Assembly (NCBI GenBank): GCA_950097015.1
Contig: CATNEN010000005.1
Span: forward strand, 4,774,001-4,838,000
From: Macrostomum hystrix
Lineage: Eukaryota > Animalia > Platyhelminthes
Reading direction: 5' to 3'
Length of the DNA stretch: 64,000 bases
Below, one piece after another: positions 13,183-25,440 of the stretch; the first letter of the stretch is position 1; every line of letters begins with the position of its first letter. The translations under genes were made by a program, and so were the position numbers. Below the pieces are notes generated by a model. That model did not search any database and was not told the origin of the DNA. It saw nothing but the letters and a program-made list of their open reading frames with translations.

Positions 13183-13459
13183 AAAAAATGTAACAATAGT
13201 TTAAGTTAAAAGCTGAGAATACTTAAAATTATATAAATATATTGCAATCGTATTTACTATCTGTGCAATTCTCGCTTGTATTTAAAACAAGAAAACATAA
13301 TATATTACTAGCATTGTAGCTTTAATGTTTTGTAAGAAAGCTTTGTTTTAATAAGTATCTAAGCAAACGTTTGTATTCAAATTGTAACATTTTTTCATAT
13401 TTTTGATTTTTTACAAGCTGATTCCCTGCAAATGTCCAGACATCAAGCGTCACGATAGC

Positions 13460-16400
13460 ATGTACGTTAACGTATGCACATCCCATGCCGCCATTTTGGC
13501 TGTAGTGGCAACTATTATAACATTTTCTGGCACAGCAGCACAAAGTAAGTGTACTACACAGAACATTCCGATTGAATCCGTACATACAATTACAAATGTT
13601 ATACATCTTACATTGCCGCACATTAAAAGAATATTTTCCTATTATTTCCATAGGAAAATGCTTTTATTTTTTATAAAATTGCATATTTTTATTGTTTACA
13701 ATTTAAGAAACATTCGACAAAACAATAAATAGGCCTAGGTCTGTCGATTTTCTATTTTTTTATGTATGTTAAAATTATCACGTCATTTATATATCTGAAA
13801 AATTATAGGAACTGGTAAATTATTTAGCTTAGATTTTTTAACCATCTAGATACTTCTTATCAGGTAAATGTATATTAGGAGGAGAGAGAATTCAAATTCA
13901 GTGGTACTTAATTATAACGTATGAAAGTGTACAGACAATTTTTGCAAACGAAATTGTCATTTAATTCACCATTTAGCTCAAAATAACTTTTAAATAAAAC
14001 TTTAACTTTGATTAACAGACAATCCAGGTCCGTGTACTTGCGATTTGACACAATCAGTCTGCGATATTTCCTGCTGCTGTGATTCCGACTGTACTAGCGA
14101 GGATATTCTTGCATTTGACACCTGTCTAAATGCTTATAGCTTGTAAGATTTTTAAGTATATTAAAATATGCCCTATATATTTTTTTTGTGCATGTAAAAC
14201 ACATAATTTGAGCAAAGAAAAATGGAAAATTTAAACAAATAATTTTTTCAGTGCAAGTGTCCAGTCGTGTTTTCCAACAGCGATTATGTTTCGCAATTAC
14301 ACACCCTACACAATCAACACCAGTAGTGGCAATGGACTGTCCTGCATCTACTATGACAGTTGTGGGTATAAGTACAGATTTTTAAGTACACACTAAACTA
14401 TTTAAATTTGATAATGATACAAAAACTTTACTTTTAATTGCAGTCGCGTCAAGGAACTACTTCACCAATCCACAAGTTGAGAATGGAAACATTACAAAGT
14501 TGTCACTGAAGGCACAGGCGTTTGCTAGCTACAATTTTTCTGCTATAAACCCTGCCATAGACTATTCGTCATACGGCAGTATTTATAAGGTTAATAATTA
14601 TAATTATTAATTATTACAATTATTACAACCAAGGGAGGTTGTAGCCTATAGTGTTTAGGGCGTCGGACTCACGACTTGAAGGTCGGGGGTTCGATTCCCG
14701 TCTCCACTGGAACAATTTGTGTCCTTTAGCAAGACACTTAACTCTGCATTGCTTCAGTTCACCCAGCTGTTAAATGGGTACCAGCATCAGCTGGGGTAAT
14801 TGAAGGCGGGTGTGGCGTCCCCCCAGTCAATGGACTGAACAGCCGTACGCAGCCTTCAGATGCGCCGCGCATTAGCTGCGGCTGTGCTGTCGGCTGCACA
14901 TCTGACCCTATTGGGGCAGGTGTAATCAATTATTATTATTTTTATTAATTAATTATAATATTTACTGGAGGGCTGTGGAGGGCTGGCACATTAAACCCGA
15001 AGCCAACGAGGAGGCAATCCTGCGTACTGCGCACTTTCTCATCGTTAGGCATCTCTCACTAGGTATCTCTCACCTGTGCTTTGGACCGCTCCGCCACTCA
15101 CCCCCTGTATTTTTAAGAATATTTAAGTTACTATGAACTATACTCGTACATTTGATCGGATAATGTCCCACAGGCCGGCAATCCGATCATCACAATCTAC
15201 AACAGCAGTGGAAATCCGAGCTACCTAAGGCAACCTTCAGCAGTTGGCGGCAGTCAGTTCTGCGGCTACGCTTCGCCAGCCCTGTTCCTAGTCGGCGGTG
15301 CGACAGCTTGCGTTCGCACAGTCAGCTCCAGTAGCTGCACAAATGATTCTGTTCTGGACCTATTGATGCACACAACCGATTTCAGAGTATTACCCCAGCC
15401 CAGCCTACTCACTAGCAATGTTACCGTCGGGGTGAATTACACTGCTCTGACACCTGTGACTCAGGGTTCTGTCACCTGCCTGCAGTTGGATGGCACAGCT
15501 ATTAATTGCTCCGAATTTTCGCCGTCCTTAACTGGCAGCGAGTGCAACAATGTACTGCGATCGGTGAGGTTAAAGCCTCTAATCTTAGTGGATCTTAGGT
15601 GGATCTGAGAGTGGGCCTCCACAGTCCACAGACTGAACAGGTGTGCGCAGCACTTTAAAAACGCCACGCAATCCATAGCAACAGATCTCTATCAATGGAT
15701 CCCTAGCTACAGATGCATAGCAAAAAGATCCCTAGCAACAGATCTCTAGCAAAAGATCCCTAGCAACAGATCCCTAGCAACAGATCTCTATCAATGGATC
15801 CCTAGCAATAGATCTCTATCAATGGATCCCTAGCAACAGATCTCTAGCAAAAGATCCCTAGAAACAGATCCCTAGCAACAGATCTCTATCAATGGATCCC
15901 TAGCAACTGATCTCAAGAAAAAAACCCTAGCAACAGATCCCTAGCAATAGATCTCTAGCAACAAATCCCTAGCAACAGATCCCTAGCAAAATAATCAAAG
16001 CAACAGATCCGTAGATGTAGATCCCTAGCAACAGATCCCTAGGAACATATCCCTAGCAACAGATCCCTGGAAACATATCCGGATGTACCTCCAGGTTTCG
16101 TAATTTGTTTTTTTGAATCTGTTAAAAAAATCGCACAAAACATTTTTTTACTAGGACTTTATTTAAACCAATCAATTTAGCTAACTTACAACATCAAGTA
16201 CTTGCCTACGAGTGGAATCTACGAGGTGACTTACAATGCCGTCTTAGCTGCCTACAATGTTAGCAGTGCCTACTCGTTGAAACAGACTTTCACTCTGAAT
16301 TTCAACTTGGTATGTTCAATTGAGTTTTCGTTGCATTATATTGATTCCTAACCCGATCCCTAGAAATAGATACCTATTAAAATATCCCTAGCAACAGATC

Positions 16401-18803
16401 CCTAGCAACAGATCCCTAGCCTCAGCCCCCCTAGCAACGGATCCCCAGCAACAGATCCCTAGTAACAGATCCCCAGCAACAGATCTCTAGTAACAGATTC
16501 CAAGCAACAGATCCTTAACAACAGATCCTTAGCAACAGATCCCTTGCAACAGATCCCTAGCAACAGATCCCTAAATAAAATTGTCCTCCCAATTCAGTCG
16601 ACATCATCGGCCACGCCAAGCTCTCGCAGTGGCAATCCGGGCTACTTGATTGGAAAACCAGTTCTAGCTGGCCAAAGAAACTCTGCCACGGGAGTCATCA
16701 CCGTGAACCCGGATCCCAATCAGTGGCTGACCGTGCCCGGAGCTCTAGCTGCCAGCGGCGGAGCCTGTAATGACGCGTCGGCAGCTTCGCGTTCCGTTGC
16801 ATTTGGTGAAGATTTGCTGTCCAGTTGTTCGCGACAGTTGACTTTGACTGGCGGTGTTTTACCTGTCAATGCTTGCCAGGACGCCAGTTCGACCGTTCGA
16901 AATTCTCTGACAGGTTTGGGCGTCCTTAGCGACAGGGTGATTGGTCGCAACGGCAACTCTGTGGCCTCAGTCACCACTGGTTGGGTACAGGTTAGTAGAT
17001 TGGATTTTGGATTTAGAAATCTCCAACTTTTCTTGGAGATTGCTCAAAATAATGCAATCGAGAGAGATGAGACATGAGAGAGATGAGACATGAGAGAGAT
17101 GAGACATGAGAGAGATGAGACATGAGAGAGATGAGACATGAGAGAGATGAGACATGAGAGAGATGAGACATGAGAGAGATGAGACATGAGAGAGATGAGA
17201 CATGAGAGAGATGAGACATGAGAGAGATGAGACATGAGAGAGATGAGACATGAGAGAGATGAGACATGAGAGAGATGAGACATGAGAGAGATGAGACACG
17301 GGGAGAGGTGAGGCACGGGAGAGATGAGACACGGGAGAGATGAGACACAGGAGAGGTGAGAAAGGGAGAGATAAGACACGTAAGAGATGAGAGAGGGAGA
17401 GATGAGAAACAGGAGAGAGGAGAAAGGGAGAGATAAGACACGGGAGAGATATAAGACACGTAAGAGATGAGAGAGGGAGAGATGAGAAACAGGAGAGAGG
17501 AGAAAGGGAGAGATAAGACACGGGAGAGATATAAGACACGTAAGAGATGAGAGAGGGAGAGATGAGAAACAGGAGAGAGGAGAAAGGGAGAGATAAGACA
17601 CGGGAGAGATATAAGACACGTAAGAGATGAGAGAGGGAGAGATAAGAAACAAGAGAGGTGAGAAAGGGAGAGAGATAAGATAAAAGGAGAGATGAGAATC
17701 GGGAGTTTAGTGTTGTTCTTCTTGGTGATTCTGCAGGGTGCAAGTTTATTTTAAATGTCAGATTCTCGTGGACAACACCAGTTGTGCCATTGGCGCGGTG
17801 CAGCAGACAGCCACTGGCTGTGTAAACACTTTGCTGGGAGGTCGACTGGACTTGCTGGTGGCGAAAGCAGGATCAGTTACTAATCCACAGAATACTCTGA
17901 TTGGCGGACGACTTCGCTGCATACGAGGAAACGTCACTTTTCAGGTGTGATTCTCAGTTTTTATTAAACAGTTATTGTGTCCGCTTACACACAATTCACT
18001 GTTCGCATGTTAGACATGTTTAGCTGTCTGGTACACATTCTCATCTGTTCGATTCGTCCGACCTGTTAGATAAGGTTACTGATCTGTTAGATAAGGTTTA
18101 CTGATCTGTTAGATAAGGTTACTGATCTGTTAGATAAGGTTTACTGATCTGTTTGATAAGGTTTACTGATCTGTTAGATGAGGTTACTGATCTGTTAGAT
18201 AAGGTTTACTGATCTGTTTGATAAGGTTTACTGATCTGTTAGATAAGGTTACTGATCTGTTAGATAAGGTTTACTGATCTGTTTGATAAGGTTACTGATC
18301 TGTTAGATGAGGTTACTGATCTGTTAGATAAGGTTACTGATCTGTTAGATAAGGTTACTGATCTGTTAGATAAGGTTACTGATCTGTTAGATAAGGTTAC
18401 TGATCTGTTTGATAAGGTTTACTGATCTGTTAGATGAGGTTACTGATCTGTTAGATAAGGTTACTGATCTGTTAGATAAGATTGTTGATTAATAAAATAC
18501 AGTCAAATCTCTAAAAAAACCACTTGCTATCAGTGCTCAGCGGGCTCGTGTCTGTCTGGCAACGCCAATCAACTCTACCTGACCAGCTTTGCGGTTAACT
18601 TCTTTGACACCTCGTCGACACCTACTAGCAGTTTAACTGCGCCGAAATCAATCTTCGAGATGCGCCTAATCAAGAATTTCTTTTATCTATTTTATGTTGA
18701 AAGTTCCGCTCAGTCAATCAATGCCGCCCCAGTCAGTTTGCTGCTCTGCCTGGCCTGCGCTTCCTATTGGCTGGCACAATTCGTGATTGCTGCTGCGCTG
18801 TGA
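13460..18803 (+). CDS. TCTN: Tectonic family protein (transition zone, MKS module), complete, 9 exons
   Basis: Exons 13460-13544, 14019-14142, 14252-14361, 14444-14589, 15174-15563, 16181-16309, 16598-16990, 17762-17944, 18534-18803, all GT-AG with consistent phase. Signal peptide, CTCDLTQSVCDISCCCDSDC, RSGNPGYLIGKPVLAG and a hydrophobic C-terminal tail are Tectonic hallmarks. The TCTN1/2/3 subtype cannot be assigned. Confidence 0.93.
14634..14940 (+). mobile_element. tRNA-derived SINE, family A, full length, in Tectonic intron 4
   Basis: tRNA-like head with B-box GGTTCGATTCC, a central gtgtcctttagcaagacacttaac..cacccagctgttaaatgggtacc segment resembling CORE/Meta-type SINE domains, and an (ATT)n tail. 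Further copies occur in the window. Confidence 0.88.
14945..15107 (-). mobile_element. Degenerate, internally deleted SINE family B copy, tail-to-tail with SINE A
   Basis: gagggctg.., actttctcatcgttaggca and accgctccgccactcacccc match the family B copies at 37405 and 47340. Confidence 0.6.
15680..16572. repeat. 14-bp minisatellite (ctagcaacagatcc) in Tectonic introns 5 and 6 (15680-16080, 16365-16572)
   Basis: The same unit flanks exon 16181-16309 on both sides. Confidence 0.88.
17062..17700. repeat. GA-rich minisatellite (gagagagatgagacat)n, Tectonic intron 7
   Basis: 16-bp perfect units grading into gagatgagacac variants. Confidence 0.93.
18060..18482. repeat. 21/22-bp minisatellite (gttactgatctgttagataag)n, Tectonic intron 8
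   Basis: Tandem units seen directly. Confidence 0.93.
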
Positions 18804-19353
18804 TTGGTCTGTAGCCTACATGGCGTACCGCAAATATGTCTTCTATTTACTGGACTAAATAGGTTGGTTAGCTGTAGAAGTGGAAAAAATATAACAATAA
18901 ACTATAACGTGCAGAGTTTCATATTATACTACTAATAGTACTCATGAGAGAACTCAATGCTTATTAGGATTATAATTAAACAGAATGCAATGCTGGCGTT
19001 GCAAATTATTATTTTTTATTGCATTACCCATAAATAGTAAAATTTTACGCCTAAAAACGACTTTTACGCCTAAAGTAGCGATAAGTATGTTGTTTCCTTT
19101 GTTTATTTTTTCTCCAATAAACAGATTGCTAAGTTGCTCGTATTTTGTTCAAAGAAATTTTGTTGTTTAACTTATGAGACTACTTTAAGTATAAAAGCTA
19201 TAAACAAAATGTTTCTAAGCATTTTTTTAAATATTTTTTACTAGGCCACATTCCGTTCATATACTAATGGAGTTTTAAATTATCTTCCTTTAAAATTTTA
19301 AGGAACTGGAGCTTATGAATACTAGCTTTTCTAATTAGTTATAAAAAACTAGT

Positions 19354-19425
19354 TTCCCTGACCGGGAGTCGAACCCGGGCCACCTGGGTGAAAACCAGGG
19401 ATCCTAACCGCTAGACCATCAGGGA
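19354..19425 (-). tRNA. tRNA-Glu (anticodon TTC)
   Basis: Reverse complement TCCCTGATGGTCTAGCGGTTAGGATCCCTGGTTTTCACCCAGGTGGCCCGGGTTCGACTCCCGGTCAGGGAA folds as a cloverleaf with anticodon loop TTTTCAC, and an oligo-T Pol III terminator follows. Confidence 0.96.
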
Positions 19426-21267
19426 CCTCAACCACCGCAAAGCTGGCTGGAATAGATAACGCCTATTTGCAAGGCCACAAGATTAGGTTGGCTTTTTATT
19501 TCTAAAATTAGAATTGGTCTGTGTCCAAGACTGGGCTACATTCTACAACCCATACATGGGTTAGACAAATTATAAATGTACGCTGTACGAGTAGAGTAAC
19601 TTTAGTGTGCGCAACTTTGTGTAGGAGACAGAGGGTAAAAGCTATAAAGTACAGAAAAAACTTATTGCAATAATGAAAATTCCGAAATTAAAAAGTTCTA
19701 GCCTCCCCGCTGTGATTTTGTGACGAGAAAGTTACGCATGCGGCATATATCAATCGTTCGAACGCATGTCTTGGACTTGGCTTTCCAAATCATGACAGTT
19801 AACATCCAGACAGCACTGACAGACATGAGTCACATTAAGACACAGCGCGACAGACATCAGTCATATCCATTCAGAAGCAGTACTGGCAGAGATCAAGACA
19901 CTGCCGTAAACGCAATCAAAACACTAAGTGAACGGCTGCCGTAAGTACACGCTAGCTCTCCAAATATTTAAATTAATTCTACAGTGTGCACATCGTTGGT
20001 TCGACGATTGTTGCGACGCAACAGAATAAAGCAGAAAAGAAAACATTTTCGGCACAACATTTGTCAGTTAAATGCCCGAATTTTTCTAGTTAAAAAATAA
20101 ATTAGTCACTGCGTGGCTACCTGCGAATTTTCAAAAGGAAAAAGAGATAAATCAAAGTATCATTTTTAACTAATTAGGAAAAAGCAATCAAGCAATGTAA
20201 TCCTTAAGGATGACTTAAGAAGACTACATATTATATATGCAAATTATGTCGTCCTTGTTAAGCCTGTTCCGAGTATAGAAGAGGCACACAGTTTAAAGTA
20301 GTACTTGGCATTTAATTAAAGAATGCAAAATAGGTAAATATAGTAAAATTATGATAAGAACCAAATATAAAAAATATATATCACCATAAAAAATAGATTG
20401 CAGTAATGACTATTCGTTTTACTTCTTGCAGTATTTTCGTGCGATCGTTAGTTTTAGTTCATTCAAAATCCTGTAAAGTACTGTTTTCCTAGAACTTACA
20501 CTGATGTTTCAGCATGGCCGCATGGCCATGGCTGCATGGCGACTTTTTGTTTCGGCCATCGGCATGCAAGAAATAGCATGGCTGCTGTCTATATGTAGTC
20601 AAAAAGCCAGCATCCTTTTCGAAAATGGTTTTTTGGTTCTAGGTTCTAGTTAAATAACAGGTATATAATTTTTTACTTTGTTAAACCACTTACTCACTAA
20701 TAACCACCCTAAAAGGTCAAACCCAAACCACAATGTTCATTTTTCAGCATAGATAAAATCCACATGGAAATAATAACCATTAGTAATAACTTATAATCAC
20801 TTATTTGTATCAACCAATAAACACTTTTTAGAAGCCAAGTTAAAAAATCCATGCCTATTTTTGTAAAACTTACAACTGTTTTTGGTTTGATAAACCTTTT
20901 GTATGTAGACCCCACTAGCTTTGAGTGACAAGATAAATTAAGGGTTTGTGATAGGTTGATTATGAATTAGGAAAACATGAATTTTTTTCTTTAATAAAGG
21001 TTGGGATCTAATACATTTTAATAGTATATATTCTATTTCTATGATATATAAGTATGCTTGATCCTTGTTTAAGTGGCTTTATATAGGATGACAACACTAA
21101 GTGAGTGTCTTGAGGAATGATTAGTATCTAATCAATATAACAGTATTCAACTAGAACACATGTGTAAGGATAATAGTGTACATATAGCCTTATATTGATA
21201 TAAAGTTATAGCTAGTTCTATCTGGTCTTGTCTGTTTAGCTCTAGCTAAAAATGAGTGTATTTTTTA

Positions 21268-21681
21268 GGATCCTAGACACTTCGTCATCTTACAACTTTG
21301 TCATCCACTTGGAAGGTAGGACACTTTGTCATCCAGCCAATTGGCATGCTTTAAAGTTTGGTCAGTTTATCATCTACTAATAACAAGCAATCAAGTTCGT
21401 CATCAATAAAGTGAGGGTGGGGTGGTGGGGCAGAGGTGTGAACACACTTCACACTCTAAATTGTCAAAAAGATATGTCAAAACTGATTTCATTATAAGAG
21501 TTCAAAGATAGGTGCCAACACAATGTGAGGAGGGGTGGCTCTGTTCTAACTCTGAAAACTTTTGTTTTATATATGACAAAGTGTCCACAAGTCTCAGTCT
21601 CTTCGTCATCCACCCTCTGAGATATTGGAAAGATTGTCATCTGGATGACACAGTTGTAAGATGACAAAGTGTCCAGGTACC
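21268..21681. mobile_element. Non-autonomous DNA transposon (MITE), ~38-bp imperfect TIRs, 8-bp TSD, possibly Merlin-like
   Basis: Left end ggatcctagacacttcgtcatcttacaactttgtcatcc; right end (reverse complement) ggtacctggacactttgtcatcttacaactgtgtcatcc. atttttta flanks both sides (21260-21267, 21682-21689). The superfamily is inferred from GG termini and TSD length. Confidence 0.75.
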
Positions 21682-22257
21682 ATTTTTTACAAAAGTATAT
21701 GCTAACCATATGCTAAGTATGTGGACTGGGCAACTAGGTACTGGGTACTGGGTACTTTCTTTACCATATCTCACCATCCCCAATCCCCATTTATTTTAAA
21801 ATTGTAGCTTTTAACACAATAAAACACACCACCATATTCTACAAATTTTTTGTGAAGTCAAGTCAGCTTAACACTAACAGTTCAGAACTTCACATGTCAG
21901 TTTGTAACTTTGTGACACAAAATGAATGATATATAAAGTTTATATTATACAAATAGATTGCACTAAAATTCAATTTAGTTCAGGACTACTTAACTCTCCC
22001 CTTTCCTAAACTCTACTCTACTTTGCTCTATTCTACTCTACTTTATTATAATTACTTAATTATAAGAGCAAACAAAAGAATATTTGCTAGATATTAGCTG
22101 TTTTGAAAAAAAGAATAAAAAAATTATATGCATTATATATAATAAAAAACTAGATGCTGTCATTAAACTATTTTAGTTTTGAATATTTAGGTGTTTAAGT
22201 TAGTTTTTTTAAGAACACACATTGATTTGATTTGTATTACAGCATTTCTCTGTTGCC

Positions 22258-23902
22258 ATGTCAAAAGTTGCTGCCCCAATCTGTTTTCTGTTGATGTTTC
22301 TAAGCAGCTATTTTGGCTGCTTATTTCTGATGGGTCCATTGCTATGGCTAGTGGCTCTGTCGCCAAGACTTTTTCGCTTTGCCATGGACTTTTTAATCTC
22401 TGCCTGGCTAACATTTGCTTCTGTAAGTTGTGAAAATTATAATTAGACTACTTACAGTAGCAGAACGGATATAGTTTAAATGGTACGATTTTTATTTTAG
22501 GCTCTGATGGAATTGCTAATTGGCATGAAGTTTCAACATTTCGGAGATCCGATTGATAAGCATGACTGTGCCATCATAGTTATGAATCATCCGAGTAGGT
22601 TAGACTGGATGTACATCTGGTACCTGTTGATGCGGTTCGGCTGTCTGTCAACGCTGAAGATTATTATGAAACGCAGCTTAAAGAATGTTCCAGGGCCGGG
22701 TTGGGCTATGCAGGCCGCTCACTACATGTTTCTGGAGAGGGCTTGGAATAAAGATGGGCCTTATATTACAGAATGCGTGGATTATTTCAAACTAGTTGGA
22801 TGCAAGACCCAGGTAAATTTTCATTCGAATTGCATTATTTTGCTTTAGTATATTTGTCAGTTCTGACTTTGTCTATGGTCATTGAGTAGTTGATTGATTC
22901 TTGATTATAATTATTACTTATCTGGATCATCCCCGCGCAGATACTAATCTTCCCGGAGGGAACAAACTTCACAGTAGAGGCCAAAGCTCGATGCGACGAA
23001 TTCGCGGCCAAGGAGGGCCTGCAGCCTCTGCAGCGAGTGCTGCATCCGCGAACCCTTGGCTTTGTGCACCTGCGGCAGCAGCTCGGCTGTGAGTTTTTGA
23101 CTCCTAACTCGACTGATTGACTCGTTAGAGAATCTTTTTTTTAAGTCGTTAGAAACGCGTTTATTTATTCTTAGAGAAGCATTTATTGAGTCTTTTGAGA
23201 AGCGTTGATCGAGTGGTTAAACAAACGCTGCAGTCATCTGATAAACGTTTGTAGTCACTGAGACGTCTGAAAACAAGTTTGCAAACAACTATACATTTTA
23301 ACGTGTCTCGGCACGATTTCAACCTAGAAGTTTTGCTCTTGACTGTAAATTCAAAATAAAAAACATTGAGAAAATGTTAACACCCGAGTGATTGTCAACA
23401 TTTTCGTTTAGCTTGTCTGGACGCTGTCTACGACCTGACCCAAGAGTTCATTGGGCTAAGATCGACTGAGGCGCGTCCGCCAAACGAACTAGAATTCCTA
23501 CGCGGCCAAACGCCTGCAGGCATTGCTTGGCGAGTTCGCCGACATTCGGCCAGCTCGGTGCCGATGGAGGCCGAGGCAGCGGCCGCCTGGTTGCGCAATG
23601 TTTGGCGCGATAAGGACGCTATTCTGTGCTGCCACGAGTCTAGCGGTGATCGAATCGCTGCTCCAACCAATGCCTGCTCAGCCTCGGCCTCTAATAAAAT
23701 TCGGCTAATTTTATCCGTCCTTGCTTGGCTGACTTTCATTGTTGGTTGCATCTACTGGCTAGCCACCTCTTGGTTGGCTTTGTTCGCTTTCTTCGGCCTG
23801 AATGCTACGTTCGCATGTCTGGCTATGGCGTGCTTTGGCGGTGGTCTAGACGCTGTGACGCGTAGAGCTGCTAGGCGAATTCAACGGATCAAAGCAGATT
23901 AA
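22258..23902 (+). CDS. LCLAT1: Lysocardiolipin acyltransferase 1-like (AGPAT8 family), 4 coding exons
   Basis: Exons 22258-22422, 22501-22812, 22941-23088, 23412-23902 are in phase. Motifs NHPSRLDW (HX4D intact), PGPGWAMQAA, ILIFPEGT, VLHPRTLGF and LDAVYDLT are present, with C-terminal TM helices. Confidence 0.92.
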
Positions 23903-25440
23903 TGATCTCAGATGAAATTTTATTGATCAATTAGTCATATCAACATTCGACACGTGCGATTTAAGTTTTAGAGTGACGTCATGTCAGATTTTCTAAAAAT
24001 ATAAACAAATTTAAGCGATGCGTACTTAAATTCGTGCTCGATGCGTAATCAATGCGTACGTGAAATTTGCATTCCATGAAGTATATATATTATCGTTATT
24101 TATAAGTTCTTTTATTCAACACTTTACGTTTGCAAAATTTTGTTTTGTGGCATGGTGCAAAAAGATCATGTGTTTATGTAAATGTACTTAAATTTCCTTT
24201 CTAAAATAAAAAAATATCTTAGTTATTATTGTTTTAAGCGCGCTTAGACGTTTTAATTACGTTTTTACGTAAAAACTTGTGGACCCAAAATACTTTAATT
24301 TTGTTTAAAAGTGTAAAAATTTAAAACGTCATGGGACATTTTATATGACCTTTTAAAGTCTTAAAAGTTTTTCTCAAAGTCTTTAAAGTCTTTAAATATA
24401 CTACTCGTTTATATTATTCTTTAACTATTTTTTAACAAAAGGTTCCTTGACATTATTGCTTAAAAATAAGTTACTTGTTAAGTTGCTTAAATTTACTTCT
24501 CCTTAAATATTTTATGATTGACACTATAGTAAGTATTTTTTCTTAAGAAACACTGCGCTTTTATTTATATCTTAATTATTTTACTGTAAGAGCAAATATA
24601 GTTTAAATTTTGTACACATTCGGTTTGCTTTTTGGCTATTATTTTCCTACTACTCGTAAAAAGTATCAATTTTATTTATTTTACGGTTTCGTGTCTGCTT
24701 ACTTTAAATAGCTAGCACACCTTAACGTACATCAGAAGGAGAAGAAACTGAAAAGTTTTATAGATTTTTAAATAAATCTAATGGTATTTATATGTGATTT
24801 AATCGAGTAAATAAAAGCACAACTCGTTGTGATTTGGTAAACCTGTTCTTTCTGCTTACAATTTGTTTTAATGAAACAATACTTTGAAAGTTATTTAGAA
24901 CACATGAGAGACTTTAAATGGCATAAAAAAGGAAAAAATACCAAAAACACTTATATACATAAAAATATGATTACACATATTACAGTATTGTTGAAAATAT
25001 ACAATACATTAATTATGTTTAAAAAAGTTTTCTCTATACTTCACTACAATCTACGTGTATGTAGACAAATATATATATATATTTATCATATTTGTTTGCA
25101 TAATTACAGTGTACTAATTTTTCTGCTTACAATCCTGTAAAAAAGTTATACGCGGATAAAACAAAAATATGTAACATTTATTATAATTCAGAATTTGTTT
25201 ACACTTTATTGAGGCATGAAAATTAATTACTGAATACGCGCAATATTAAAAAATGACACCTGAAATAAAACGAAAAGTTAACATTTAGCTCAAAATAATA
25301 AAACATCGAATTTCAAAAGAGGTTTTCTATAAAGCGTCATTTTAAAGCATAATAAAACTGTAATAAAGTAAATCGAATGTTTCTATTTTAAATAGGCACC
25401 ATGAATCGGGGAAGCACTACTCAGAAGCTTCCGAATTCGC

